Assembly (NCBI GenBank): GCA_002269645.1
Contig: NIVC01002055.1
Span: 1 to 64,000, forward strand
Origin: Macrostomum lignano
Lineage: Eukaryota
Reading direction: 5' to 3'
DNA: 64,000 nucleotides
The notes below the pieces were generated by a model, which did no database searches, had not been told where the DNA came from, and saw only the letters and a list, made by a program, of their open reading frames with translations. Of the stretch, positions 10,257-34,431 are shown in pieces (the stretch's first letter is position 1; the number at the start of each line of letters is the position of its first letter). The position numbers and the translations under genes were made by a program.

Positions 10257-11144
10257 CGGTAGTCGGTAAGTGAGTGCTAGTTTATCCATCTATTCTCGGT
10301 CTAAAGAATGATTGAGAGTCTTGCTTTACCCCAGCAACGGGAGTTTTTTGTCTCTCGACTCAAGTACATTCAGCCTGATAATTTAGTCAGGTGTTCTTCG
10401 CTCACCCTGCGATCGGTCCCAGGGCCCCCGCATAAAAGATATAAAAATTACAGACTTACAAACCCTCGACTTTCACTTGCAATTACAGGACGGAATTGTA
10501 AAAAACTAGTTATTATAAAAATTAAGACCGAGCGGCCCTCACCTGCCTCAGCTGCAGGGCCCACATGTGCAGACTATTAATCAACTATCTATATATATAC
10601 CACAGCGGCGGCAGAAATTAAATAGAAGAGAAAAACTGCGCCGCCATGTGTGATTGAAACTGGGGACCGTAGAGCCCGGCTTGCGCAGTGTGCTCAGCCA
10701 TATCGGATATTAAACCGTGAGCAGATGCCGAAATCCCTTACAGAGTGCCCCGAGGGGGGGGGGGAGGGAGGGGAGTCTCCCAGCATGTGCTCTGCAATTC
10801 CGCAAAGTGCCATGCGCCTGTCCTTGAGCATGGCAATGAGACCATTTATCGGTCGCTAGAAAAATAATTCCCTAGAGGGAATTGAGGGAATTTTTCGCAA
10901 AGGAGAGAGTGAAGGAAAAGAATCCCTATGTGCTGCGATAGGAGGCCCAAGCAAATCCATCAAAATGCAATTTAAGCTAATCAGAGAATCCACATGGACC
11001 AGCGAAACTTGCTCCGCAATGGTGAGTAACTTCTGTCTCATCTTCATCATCGGATTCTGCCCCCGCCCAGTTGCCTACCTTCTTTAGCTGGTCTCTAGTT
11101 CCGGCTTTGGTGCGCCAATATCTGCATGACTTGCTTAGTTAGTT

Positions 11145-11145
11145 T

Positions 11146-11191
<46 letters not shown>

Positions 11192-11196
11192 CAGTC

Positions 11197-11287
<91 letters not shown>

Positions 11288-11395
11288 CAGTCAGTTAGTT
11301 AGTTAGTTAGGTAGTTAATTAGTTAGTTAGTTAGTTAGTTATTAGTTAGTCAGTTAGTTAGTTAGTTAGGTAGGTAGGTAGTTAATTAGTTAGTT
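11145..11395. repeat. (AGTT)n microsatellite
   Basis: Direct reading. Confidence 0.95.
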
Positions 11396-12851
11396 GTGTC
11401 AGCTGAGCCATGGGCCGACGAAATTTTGGCAGAAAATATCTGCATCAATCTTTTTCTTTTCAATCTGCCTCATTCTGCTCATATCGACGAAATCTTGTCC
11501 AACAACACGGCTCTTCATGTCCATCCGCCGAGTGGACAAGATCGAAAAATCTATTGCTAAACCTATTTTTTGAGTTCATGCTTCTGCATTTTATGCTTGC
11601 ATTGATTTTTTATCATTTTATACTCGCATATTTTAGAGACAAACAAGTAAAAAGCGCACGTCAGCGGTGTTTTGCTATTAATTGACTGAGGCAAGATTAA
11701 TTTCGCAAGGGAATACTGGATTATGCCAGTATTAAGGATTATAAAAAGAATAAAGATTATTCAAGGATTAAGGATTATGAACAGATCAAGGATTATGAAA
11801 GAATTAAGTATTACCACATAAGGACTAACGATTATGCAGGCTAAAAGTTCATGATGCACTCCTCGATGAGGGTCCTTGTTCAATAAAAGGGCGCCTAAAC
11901 GTAGAAGTACAATTATTACATATCGTTTCTTAGAAAAATCCAGGAGTCTGCATGCCAATCTCTTCATCAGGCTTCCCAGTTCCTTTCCTTCCTCATCAAC
12001 GTAGATCTCATGTTTTGCCAGTGGGAATTACGATATAGGCTTGTAAGGATTTAACTTCCTGCTTCATCAAAGCGAGATTTTGACTACTCCATTTCTAACT
12101 GTAATCTCGAAGGGTTCCAATGCCCCTGCAGAAGTCTGGGAGCAAAACAGGATGCACCAGTTGGATATGTCTGGGTCAATGCACGAAGGATTGAAGCAAC
12201 CAGGGAAAAAAGAAGGAAGTCCAGACTAAAGGGGGTTAAGGGCTCCTGTTCGCTTCTCTGATCAAAGTTTGAGAAGAAGTTCTCGAGTACTTTTAGCTCG
12301 TAATTAAAAGAGTAAATGATAGCCACAGCGAAAGCAGAAATGACAAAATGTAACTCAGCAGGATTCAGCTGCTCTGATAAATAGGTCTAGAACTGGGTGA
12401 TAGCTCGTACACAAGTCTATAGAAAGTCTGAGTGATAAATATAAGCATAGAATTTGGTCGCTATCCGTTGTCTGCTATTTTATTGTTATTCTGTTATTGG
12501 GGATTCAGAAGTGCTTTTCTAAGCTTATTAATCAATAAAGTGACCAAAAACCTGCCTTATAGGGCCGTTGGAATGTTACAATAAAAGATTGAGAAAATTT
12601 TGTTTAAAAAATTCAATGTACATGAAACTCGACGTATTAACTGGTTGGTCCCTCGACCCTACCAATAATTGGTTTAAATGTGTTTAAAAAGTACAAAGCA
12701 TGGCTATAGCTAAACAACAAACAAAAAGTACACGAGCTAAATATCGATTGCAACGGAAACAAAATAAAAAACCACATGACACAACGCAAGACAGCAAGAA
12801 ATGATAGCAGTTTAGTTGCTTTTTTAAATTTGAATCCAACAACTTCAAGCT

Positions 12852-14249
12852 TCAGTAGTCGCGAATTCTCAGGGACACCCGACTGCAACCGGACGATGTT
12901 GTCCTTGAAGCTCCCAGATGCAGAAGCTGCCGATGCTGCAAAGTCCTCTGCTGCTGTTCAATCGTACCGGCAGTCAGCGACAGGGACTGCTCGCAGTAGG
13001 AGCTGTCCCTGCGCCTCCGGCAGCGCATAGTGTTGCGGATCTCCGCCCTGAAGCTCGCGCTCGCCGCCGCGTAAACAAAGAAGTTCAACAGCGAGTCCAG
13101 CACGGTGAGCACATTGGCCAGGAAGATGAACTGCCGGCTCAGCAGAGACGCGTGCGGAAAGAAGAAATGGCACAGGGTGCTCAAAAATGTTGGCGACTCC
13201 ATTACGCAGAAGAGCAAGACGAGGGCCAGGACAAGCACGGAGGTGCGCTGGTGCTGATGATGCTGCTGCTGCTGTCGGTGGTGGCTCCGGCCTGAGGAGG
13301 CCAGCAGGAAGGCGGCCCGTCTGGCTCGACCCTCCGCCGAGCAGTCCCTGGCAGACGGGGAGGCTGCCACCAGCTGTTGGCCCTCTTCATCTTCAGCCAC
13401 TGCTGGAGGTGACGACGAGCGACCGGTGCTGCTGCTACGCCGACGGAGGCAGCACCAGCCGGTGGAGTCGGACACCGAGCCCGAGGAGCCCGTCGCGGCC
13501 AGCGCTTCTCCGTGTCGCATTCGTCGACTGACTCGACGAGCTCGTCGAAGCCGCAGCGACATTCCGATAGTCGGGCCGGGGATGAGCAGCGGCGGCAGCA
13601 GGCACTGCAGGCTGTAGAACACCAGAGATGGGTAGCCGGGCCGGTCACCCTCCGGCGAGGCCAGCAGCGGCCGGATCACGATGCCGCCCATCTCGTCGTC
13701 GGTCAAGTTGTCGCACACGATGCCCATGAACTCCAGCTGCACCAGCAGGCTCAAGCCGAAGGCTACGGCGACCACAGCAGCCAGGCAGACTTTCAGGCGT
13801 CTTGGCGAGAAGAACAGCCGACCGCGAGAGGCCAGCGGACGCCACACCAGCTCGCAGCGGGAGACGCTGAGCACCACCATGTTCCAGTTGCGCACGAAGG
13901 CCGCCGCCCCGATTCCCAGCCGGAATGCCGACGTGGCAACGTATGAAGCCTTCGTGTGGGCGTGCTTTGCTCCGCTCAGCGACATAACCACCTCGCAGAT
14001 GACGGCCGACTGCAGGAACACCTCCCAGAAGGAGACGCTGACCAGCACCAGCCGGATCGCGGGGTTGTCAAATTTCTGACGGACAAAAACTGCGAAACTC
14101 AGCAGGTTGGCCGCCAGCGCAGCCAGGCTGATGGGGAAAACGCTGGCCAGCATCTGCCGCTCCAAATCCCGGAAGTCCTCGTCGTGTCGCATCCGGGTGA
14201 CGTTGATCTCCCAGGCCTGACAGTTGGAATGGCTAGTGAACACTAGCAT
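12852..14249 (-). CDS. Intronless rhodopsin-class (class A) orphan GPCR, peptide-receptor-like, 465 aa
   Basis: Seven hydrophobic segments; TM1 AANLL, TM3 RNWNMVVLSVSRC, TM5 LLPP, long low-complexity IC3, TM6 FCVMESP, TM7 DSLLNFFVY followed by ASFR helix 8. Confidence 0.88.
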   Translation of the reverse strand: MLVFTSHSNCQAWEINVTRMRHDEDFRDLERQMLASVFPISLAALAANLLSFAVFVRQKFDNPAIRLVLVSVSFWEVFLQSAVICEVVMSLSGAKHAHTKASYVATSAFRLGIGAAAFVRNWNMVVLSVSRCELVWRPLASRGRLFFSPRRLKVCLAAVVAVAFGLSLLVQLEFMGIVCDNLTDDEMGGIVIRPLLASPEGDRPGYPSLVFYSLQCLLPPLLIPGPTIGMSLRLRRARRVSRRMRHGEALAATGSSGSVSDSTGWCCLRRRSSSTGRSSSPPAVAEDEEGQQLVAASPSARDCSAEGRARRAAFLLASSGRSHHRQQQQHHQHQRTSVLVLALVLLFCVMESPTFLSTLCHFFFPHASLLSRQFIFLANVLTVLDSLLNFFVYAAASASFRAEIRNTMRCRRRRDSSYCEQSLSLTAGTIEQQQRTLQHRQLLHLGASRTTSSGCSRVSLRIRDY

Positions 14250-14932
14250 TCTGCTGACTGTGGCTTCAGCTTCTCTAGCTTCTACTGTTAAGTTTAATTT
14301 GCTTATTCAGAGACTGCAGCTCACTGAGGACTGACAAAGGCGAGGCGGACTTCTAGACTACGAGCGTAGATGCGGATCTGCGATCAAGTAGGTGAGAGGA
14401 GAAGCTTCTATCCTGACGGCAGCTTCTCGATTTCGATTGGCTGATTCTGATTCAGAGCTGAGAACTCGCCATGTTGAGCTTCATCTCTGCTCCCTGCTCA
14501 AAATGAGCCCCTTCTTGAGACTGGAACTAAGCACGATTCGATAGAGAAGTGTTACGTGTTCAGACTGGCTTTCTGAAATGTGCAGAAAAGAAAAGTCTGC
14601 TTCAATACTCTGACTCGAATAGTTGAGAGCCACTTGGTAGCTTCAATCAGCTGTCCGATTTTTGTCTGCGCGATGGCGAGTGAAACCGATTGATGGAGCT
14701 GCACAGAATCCAAATTTAATCTCGCCCGCATGTAGGCGCTTGCAGAAGCAAAATTAAAGTGCTTCAAAAATAAATGTTGCTTTCTGCGACGCATGGTATG
14801 GGATAGACGGTTGAAATTGTCTGCTTTGCACTTCATGCAGCACTAGCGTTGACATATTTCATTTTCAGAATTAATTGGAAAAAATTAAAACTTGTAGTGG
14901 TACATATTAATGACGAGCGGGGTGGGCAGGCA

Positions 14933-15548
<616 letters not shown>

Positions 15549-15899
15549 TTTATCAGTACCTACAGAAGGCCTTGAATTTCTATAGCAAGGATTCAATGAA
15601 GCGATACCACTGACGCAGGGCTTGAAAGGGAGCAGATTTAAGACAGAAATATGATCTATTTTTATCCAGACGAGTGTCAAATACTTCAAAAGGCCTAACA
15701 TCGTGTCAGCAGAGCATTTTGGCGAGATGGAATCTTGACAGCTAACGGATGCCCATATTGGGAATTTTCCAATGCGTGCCGGCTCGCTTTCGCTCAGTAA
15801 CTCGGCATCCAAGCTGCGCACTTCCTGGGCCTCAGGTTCGGAGCCATCAGCCATTCAGCAGATTCGGCTCTTGCTGGTCTGCGAATCTTTCTACTTTCT

Positions 15900-16000
15900 T
15901 CCTGTCTCCTCTCTCCTCTCTCCTCTCTCCTCTCTCCTCTCTCCTCTCTCCTCTCTCCTCTCTCCTCTCTCCTCTCTCCTCTCTCCTCTCCTCTCTCCTT
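15900..16000. repeat. (CTCCTCT)n pyrimidine tract
   Basis: Direct reading. Confidence 0.85.
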
Positions 16001-16541
16001 TCTTCATTGCGACCTTAATCTCGTCTCTCTCTGCATCTACCTCTCCCTCTTTTTCCATCTCTGCCTTTCGCCTACCCTTTCTCAGCTTTTCCTTTTTTGA
16101 CCTTTCTTTACAAGCGATTTAATTCAGTCACCCATCCCACTCTCTTCACCCGTTTCCCCCGTCCCTTCCATATCGTGACTGCCTTCAGCGTCTCTATGGA
16201 AATTTTAATTTGATTTGTCTTGCGCGCTCAAGCCGTTTGTCAAAAAGTTCAAGTGAAGCTTTTGCCAAAAAATTGCGGTGAAAAAAGTACGCCTAATACG
16301 CTTCCTATGAAAGCTGAATCAGTCCATTGTGCTGGGATTTCTGGTTTATTGAAAGATAACTCCTTTGTTGACTCGTCACGCCAAGGCAAGCTTAATTAGC
16401 CGGATTCGCCAGAGCAGAAATCCTTTGGGAAAGCCGGATTGAAGGAGGCTGGATCAGGCCTCGATCGAGACATCAAAGCGAATGTTTGGCGCCAACATTT
16501 CCTGCTTGCGATCGCAGCTTTGATCGCCTGCGAAGCAGTTT

Positions 16542-16935
16542 TATGAGCGACTTTATGAGTGAGTCTATGAGTGAGTTCATGAGTGAGTTTATGAGTGAGT
16601 TCATGAATGAGTTTATGAGTGAGTTCATGAGCGAGTTTATGAGTGAGTTTATGAGTGAGTTTATGAGTGAGTTCATGAATGAGTTCATGAATGAGTTCAT
16701 GAGTGAGTTCATGAGTGAGTTCATGAGTGAGTTCATGAGTGAATTCATGAGTGAGTTTATGAGTGAGTTCATGAGTGAATTCATGAGTGAGTTTATGAGT
16801 GAGTTCATGAGTGAGTTCATGAGTGAGTTCATGAGTGAATTCATGAGTGAGTTTATGAGTGAGTTCATGAGTGAGTTCATGAGTGACTTAATGAGTAAGT
16901 TCATGAGTGACTTCATGTGTGACTTAATGAGTAAA
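16542..16935. repeat. 12-bp minisatellite (ATGAGTGAGTTC/T)
   Basis: About 32 units. Confidence 0.93.
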
Positions 16936-17375
16936 TTCGTGAAGTCGTGAAGTCGAGAACATGCAGTTTTTTTCTGCTGTCAGAGTTTAATGAAACTTTT
17001 TTGACCTAGCTAAATGACTGTGTAGCGGCCAGGTATCTTACCTCACGTCTCTTTGCAGACCCAGTTAATGAGGCTGTTTTCCCAAGAAGTTCAAGATTAA
17101 ACTTTCTTTTCTTCAACAAGGCAGTCACGCGAGTTTGAAATCAGTCTTATTGAAGAGGCTTTTTGAACCGGAAAAGTTGAGCGTCCGGGTTCTGGAGATA
17201 AGCCATGATGAAGAAGAGGTTAAATATTGATTCTGCTTGGAACAGACTGATCTTCGCAATACTCTGGTCACAGGGCCCAGTTAATTCTGGTTACTTCTAG
17301 TCACCTTACTGACTGTGATCGCCCTCAGATTCACTTCTGTTGCACTTTTCTACCTTATTGACTTTGACCTCTTTC

Positions 17376-17960
17376 GTCACTCTGGTCACTCGGGTCATTC
17401 GGGTCACTCGGGTCACTCGGGTCACTCTGATCACTCTGGGTCAATCTTGTCACTCTGGGTCAATCTTGTCACTCTGGTCACTCTGGTCACTGGTCACTCT
17501 GGTCACGTGACTGTCTACCTGAATTTCTACCTGACTGTCTACCTGACTCTCTACCTGGATTTCTACCTGACTTTCTCCCTGACTGTCTACCCGACTGGCT
17601 ATCTAACTGTCTACCCGACTGTCTACCTGAATGTTTACCTGACTGTCTACCCAACTGTCTACTCGACTGTCTAGCCGACTGTCTACCTGACTGTCTACCT
17701 GACTGTCTACCTGACTGTCTACCTGACTGTCTACCTGACTGTCTACCTGACTGTCTACCTGACTGTCTACCTGACTGTCTACCTGACTGTCTACCCGACT
17801 GTCTACCCGACTGTCTATCTGAATGTCTACCTGACTGTCTACTCAACTGTCTACCTGACTGTCTACCCGGCTGTCTACCTGATTGTGTACCTAACTGTCT
17901 ACCTAACGGTCAACTCAAATTTCTATCTGACTGTCTACCGTCTACCCGACTCGACTGTCT
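17376..17960. repeat. 9-bp (GGGTCACTC) then 12-bp (CTGACTGTCTAC) tandem repeats
   Basis: Direct reading. Confidence 0.9.
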
Positions 17961-18471
17961 TCTACTTAACTATCTACCAATAGAATGCCTACTGAACTGC
18001 ACGCTTGAATATATCTACTCAAATGTCTTCAAAATCTTTTGCGAGGTTTTTTAAAGATTCACTGTCGCCCATCAATGATGCACAGATATTCATAGTAAAA
18101 CAATGTTTAGCAAACCTCAATAGCCAGGCAATGGTTGCTGTTGCAGCAGGTCCTGAAATCCCTGCCATCCCGTCCGTTTGCCCTTTTTTTCTTAAAAACA
18201 TCTCAAAATATCCCAGGTTTAATGCATTGGCACACAGGGCTGCGATGAACCAGTCAGGTGACTTATCTGAGCAGAAGTGCACGCAGATAACTTATTCGCT
18301 GTCTCAAGTCCTCAGCTGCTCAAGCTGTATCGAAGAAGTAGATCTGCAAAAATATTTACTAATTGGACCAAATCGGATGGAATTAATTAATCAATGCAGG
18401 AGAGCATGACACATTTGATTGGATTTCTGGCTGACTGGATTTGCGTGGGTAAAGAGAGTTATTACTCCAAA

Positions 18472-19246
<775 letters not shown>

Positions 19247-19424
19247 ATTAAGTGCCTTATAAAGCACTTTCACAACGGAAGCATCTAACTGTCTACCCAG
19301 CTTGAGCATCATTAGTATCTAAAAATAAATTTGAGAAGCACTGTTCCGCTCTCGAAACTGCATCCCTGTGATGCGACACTTGTTTATGATGGACAATGCG
19401 AAAAGAATGAGAGACGTTAGGGGT

Positions 19425-19760
19425 AGACAATTAGGTTGACAGTGTAGCTCGTAGTAGATAGTAGGGGTAGACAGTGTGGTAGACAGTGTGGTAGAACAGT
19501 GGGGTAGATAGTAGGATTGACAGTGGGATGGACAGTGATGTACACAGTGGTGTTGACAGCATGATTGACCGTTTGACAGTGGGTAGACGGTGGGGTAGAC
19601 AGTGGGTAGACGGTGGGGTAGACAGTGGAGTAGACAGTGGGGTAGACAGTGGGGTAGACAGTGGGGTAGACAGTGGGGTAGACAGTGGGGTAGACAGTGG
19701 GGTAGACAGTGGAGTAGACAGTGGGGTAGACAGTGGGGTAGACAGTGGAGTAGACAGTGT
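19425..19760. repeat. 12-bp minisatellite (GTAGACAGTGGG), related to the reverse complement of the 17.5-kb 12-mer
   Basis: Reverse complement of CTGACTGTCTAC is GTAGACAGTCAG. Confidence 0.88.
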
Positions 19761-20144
19761 GGAAGAAAGGTGTAGGTTCGTAAAGTCTGAGAGAGTTGAA
19801 GGTCGCGACAGCGGGTTGCTCAAAAGTTTCTCCACAAAATATCCCACAAAAAAGCTCGGAAGGCAACGCGTTGTAAAAAAATCCGACAGTGTTAAAAGCA
19901 GAGAAATTCTTATTTGGTTCAGCAAAAGAAAAACGTTGAAGAATAGTCAGGCTCGAGGCGCAGAGAAAAAAAACTGACGCAGTCAGCATATTAACCGCTG
20001 CGCAAGGCTCAGGGTTGATGCCATTCGAGTATGAAAACTGATTACGGAAAATTATTTTTATACCTCTTGTTCGTGACGGCGGGTCGACGGAAAAGCAATC
20101 GTTTCTAAGAAACTATTCACCCAGCGATTTCTAAGAAAAAACTG

Positions 20145-21470
20145 TTAAATGCGCCGTTTCGATGGCCGCCTTTGTCTGCCTGGCGGCTGTGGTGGCCTTC
20201 GCCGACTTTGTCGTGGCGCGGCGCTGCCCCAGGTGCCGCAGAACATCGGCACGAACGGCCGCCTTGGCCCGGTGCCGTCGACAATCAAGGAGCTGCCGCA
20301 GGAGTCGTCGTCGTTGTTGTCGAGAAAGTCGAAGTCGTTATTAAAGCCGCCGTTGTCGAGATTCCGTCGGTGAACGCGCGGCAGCGGCCCGACATCGACA
20401 TCGTCGAGTTCGTCCTCGCCGTCGCCGTCGCTCTCACCGAAGTCGTCGTCAAGATCATCGGTTGCACCGTCGGGATCGTGGCCGTCCGGTGGCGGCCGGT
20501 GCAGCGGCTTTGGCGGCTTCTGCTGGCGCCGACTGTGGTTGGTGGAGAAGCTCGCGGAGTCGGCAGGTCCTCCGAAACGCGACTGCCTCGAGCTCGGAGG
20601 CGGCGGCTGGACGGGCGCCGGCAGCGGCAGCGGCGGCTGGTCGCTGAAGCCGACAACCGGCAGCGGCTGCTTGCTGCTGTTGTTCCAGTTGTGCCAGTCG
20701 TCCAGACTTTTCTGGCCTCGACGGCGATTCGTACTGCTAGCGGGGGTTTTCTGCTGCTGCTGCTGCCTCCGCCGCCTCCGACGCTGGGCGGCAGTCGCCG
20801 ATGATGATTTGTTATTCTCGTTGTCCTCCGTGCTGTCGTAGCCTTCCTCGTATTCTTCGCCGTCGTCCTCCTCGGTGCCGTACTCTTCTGTAGGCGGCGC
20901 CGCCGCCGCTGCTGTCGCCGCCGTTCCGCCACCGCCGCGCTTGGCCGCCCCGGCGCCGCTCCCGGCACCGACAGATTTGGATTCCTCCGTGGAGTGTCCG
21001 GCGACTGCGGCCGACTTTTTCCAGCCGCTGGCCTGGCCGGCTGTCCCTCCACCGGCGCCAGGCTGCAGCGCCTTGTTGCACAGGACGTTCCAGACCTCCT
21101 GCTGGTAGCGCCGCTTGCAGCTGTTGATCTCGGCGCGGACTGAAGCCAAGTCGATGCCGAAATCTACCGACATCAGCGGCTGGAGGGCGCGCATGCAGGG
21201 GAACGCGGCTCCGACGCCGCCAGCGACAGTCGCTGTCGAAGATCCCGACGTCGGTTTGTTTGAAGCAGCGTCGTTGCCGCCGACTGTTGTGGGCGTTTTC
21301 GATCGGGCATTGTGCAGATTGCGGTGATAGTAGCTGGCGCTGGCGCCGCCGCCTCCGAAGCTGTTGTTGTGACCGCCGATGGGCCAGTAGCCAGGTGCGG
21401 CTCCGTGCACGCGGTGCTGGTGGTGCATTCCTTTGGCAATGCTGGTCACAGTTCTTGAGTCAACAGGCAC
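20145..21470 (-). CDS. Unidentified low-complexity protein, large (probably terminal) exon, >=441 aa
   Basis: 1.3-kb GC-rich open frame with exon-like composition (poly-Q/G/D, acidic and basic tracts) and two ordered-looking islands (RYQQEVWNVLCNKAL; RRPFVPMFCGTWG). The frame stays open upstream of 21470; true start unknown (possible donor near 21598). Confidence 0.6.
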   Translation of the reverse strand: MPVDSRTVTSIAKGMHHQHRVHGAAPGYWPIGGHNNSFGGGGASASYYHRNLHNARSKTPTTVGGNDAASNKPTSGSSTATVAGGVGAAFPCMRALQPLMSVDFGIDLASVRAEINSCKRRYQQEVWNVLCNKALQPGAGGGTAGQASGWKKSAAVAGHSTEESKSVGAGSGAGAAKRGGGGTAATAAAAAPPTEEYGTEEDDGEEYEEGYDSTEDNENNKSSSATAAQRRRRRRQQQQQKTPASSTNRRRGQKSLDDWHNWNNSSKQPLPVVGFSDQPPLPLPAPVQPPPPSSRQSRFGGPADSASFSTNHSRRQQKPPKPLHRPPPDGHDPDGATDDLDDDFGESDGDGEDELDDVDVGPLPRVHRRNLDNGGFNNDFDFLDNNDDDSCGSSLIVDGTGPRRPFVPMFCGTWGSAAPRQSRRRPPQPPGRQRRPSKRRI

Positions 21471-21719
21471 TGTTCTCGAATCTTCTCTGATGCTGGCTTT
21501 AGCGACAGAACGATTATTTGGTACTTTTATTTAACAAAAACTAATTAGCGAGAATTGCCAGTTTCTGATTTTTACAAAACGGAACCATTTTGTCTATGGC
21601 TCACCCTATCCATCTAAGACAAATTGGCGTCTGCAGTGCGTTAATAAAGAACTCAGCCAGCTGAGCTTGGGGACTTTAAAAATAACACTTCCAATTTTAG
21701 TATATTGGATATATATCGA

Positions 21720-22335
21720 ACAGGTTAAGAGATTATCTAACAGTTGAGTTATTATCTAACAGGTGAAAGATTATCTAACATGTAAGAGATTGTCTAACAA
21801 GTGAGTTATTATCTAACTGGTGGTGGATTATCTAACAGGTGAGAGATTGTCTAACAAGTAAGATCTCATCTAACAGATGAGAGATTATCTAACAGATGAG
21901 AGATTATCTGACAGATTGAGAGATTATTTAACAGGTGGGGATTATCTAACAGGTGTGAGATTATCTAACAGGTGTGAGATTATCTAACAGGTGTGAGATT
22001 ATCTAACAGGTGTGAGATTATCTAACAGGTGTGAGATTATCTAACAGGCGTGAGATTATCTAACAGGTGTGAGATTATCTAACAGGTGTGAGATTATCTA
22101 ACAGGTGTGAGATTATCTAACAGGTGTGAGATTATCTAACAGGTGTGAGATTATCTAACAGGTGTGAGATTATCTAACAGGTGTGAGATTATCTAACAGG
22201 TGTGAGATTATCTAACAGGTGTGAGATTATCTAACAGGTGTGAGATTATCTAACAGGTGTGAGATTATCTAACAGGTGTGAGATTATCTAACAGGTTGGA
22301 TATTATCTAACAGCTGGGAGATTATCTAACAGTAG
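21720..22335. repeat. 19-bp minisatellite (GAGATTATCTAACAGGTGT) with degenerate edges
   Basis: About 18 perfect central units. Confidence 0.93.
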
Positions 22336-22807
22336 ATGTGAATGTAATGAGACATGTAATGAGAGCAAAAATAATATATATTTTAGATGTTAAATTTGTG
22401 TATTTTAATATGGCATAAGTTCGCATTCGTTGATAATCCTAGCATAAAATTATTGTAGTTCTTCAGCTATTGCAAAGCACACATGTAAAGCGCTAATGTG
22501 AGTAGTATATGCATGCGCAAGTTGTAACTCTAGTGAGAAAGAGAACAAAATTAGTTAGAGATGAAAAACTTTTGAAATCTCAACAAACAATATTGTTATA
22601 ATATAGTTATTGATAATAGTATGGCCTATTTGAAAATATTTCATATTATCAAGCAATACTTGCTAACCTTGAATGTCTATATGTGGATGAAGTTTTGCTA
22701 TTTATTTAAATGTAGTTATAATAGTACTCATAGTATTATCGAATGAGTTTCTGGCTACTTGTGCTCAGACAGGCCTAACGTTATCGTTATAAATCATAAA
22801 TCATTCA

Positions 22808-32723
<9,916 letters not shown>

Positions 32724-33252
32724 ATCCGCTGCCGCCTTTGACGGCATTTGTACAAAAAAATTGGATCTCTCGGCGAAGCCTTCTGCAGCAGAACGACTGG
32801 ATTTTTGGCCTCGCCGCTGGCTTGTAAAATCTGGCTGAAGCTTCTGGAGGGGAAGCCAGCGGGATCTGGGTGCCGGGCAGCCTTTTGCTGGGGGAACATA
32901 AGCAGGCGAGCGATGCAGGGTCCAAGGTCCGGGACGGGGATGAGGAGGGTAGCACGAAAGAGTGTAGAGAACGAATCCTTGGGAAGTCGGAGCCAGGAAC
33001 AGGGATTGCTATCGACTTGCTGGCGACCCTCCCCCCACCCCCAGACCCTCTGCGCAGAACTTGTAGGCAAGGGTAGAGCCATGCAGCTGCTAAGGACACT
33101 GCGAACTGTTGCATAGATCTCCCTGGACAGTGGAACTGGACTGTATTTTGCTAACACACCTTAAAGTAGATTGTGGCGTTTTTGGCGCAATAATTCAGCA
33201 ATTTCTGAAACCACCGTATCACAGAGTTTAGCTCGCAGCACCAAATTCAACT

Positions 33253-33944
33253 GTCAGTCAGTCAGTCAGTCAGTCAGTCAGTCAGTCAGTCAGTCAGTCA
33301 GTCAGTCAGTCAGTCAGTCAGTCAGTCAGTCAGTCAGTCAGTCAGTCAGTCAGTCAGTCAGGCAGTCAGTCAGTCAGTCAGGCAGTCAGTCAGTCAGTCA
33401 GTCAGTCAGTCAGTCAGTCAGTCAGTCAGTCAGTCAGTCACTCACTCACTCAAGTCAGTCAGTCAGTCAGTCAGTCAGTCAGTCAGTCAGTCAGTCAGTC
33501 AGTCAGTCACCCACTCACTCAAGTCAGTCAGTCAGTCAGTCAGTCATTCAGTCAGTCAGTCAGTCAGTCAGTCAGTCAGTCAGTCAGTCAGTCAGTCAGT
33601 CAGTCAGTCAGTCAGTCAGTCAGTCAGTCAGTCAGTCAGTCAGTCAGTCAGTCAGTCAGTCAGTCAGTCAGTCAGTCAGTCACTCACTCACTCACTCCAG
33701 TCAGTCAGTCAGTCAGTCAGTCAGTCAGTCAGTCAGTCAGTCAGTCAGTCAGTCAGTCAGTCAGTCAGTCAGTCAGTCAGTCAGTCAGTCAGTCAGTCAG
33801 TCAGTCAGTCAGTCAGTCAGTCAGTCAGTCAGTCAGTCAGTCAGTCAGTCAGTCAGTCAGTCAGTCAGTCAGTCAGTCAGTCAGTCAGTCAGTCACTCAC
33901 TCACTCACTCACTCCAGTCAGTCAGTCAGTCAGTCAGTCAGTCA

Positions 33945-33995
<51 letters not shown>

Positions 33996-34180
33996 AGTCA
34001 GTCAGTCAGTCAGTCACTAACTCACTCACTCACTCACTCCAGTCAGTCAGTCAGTCAGTCAGTCAGTCACTCACTCACTCAAGTCAGTCAGTCAGTCACT
34101 CACTCACTCAAGTCAGTCAGTCAGTCACTCACTCACTCAAGTCAGTCAGTCAGTCAGTCAGTCAGTCAGTCAGTCAGTCA

Positions 34181-34231
<51 letters not shown>

Positions 34232-34292
34232 AGTCAGTCAGTCAGTCAGTCAGTCAGTCAGTCAGTCAGTCAGTCAGTCAGTCAGTCAGTCA

Positions 34293-34343
<51 letters not shown>

Positions 34344-34380
34344 AGTCAGTCAGTCAGTCAGTCAGTCAGTCAGTCAGTCA

Positions 34381-34431
<51 letters not shown>

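Noticed and set aside
10250-12800. Short ORFs and possible retroelement remnants between P2X and the GPCR
   Set aside because: No recognisable reverse transcriptase, endonuclease or other motif; no consistent exon chain.
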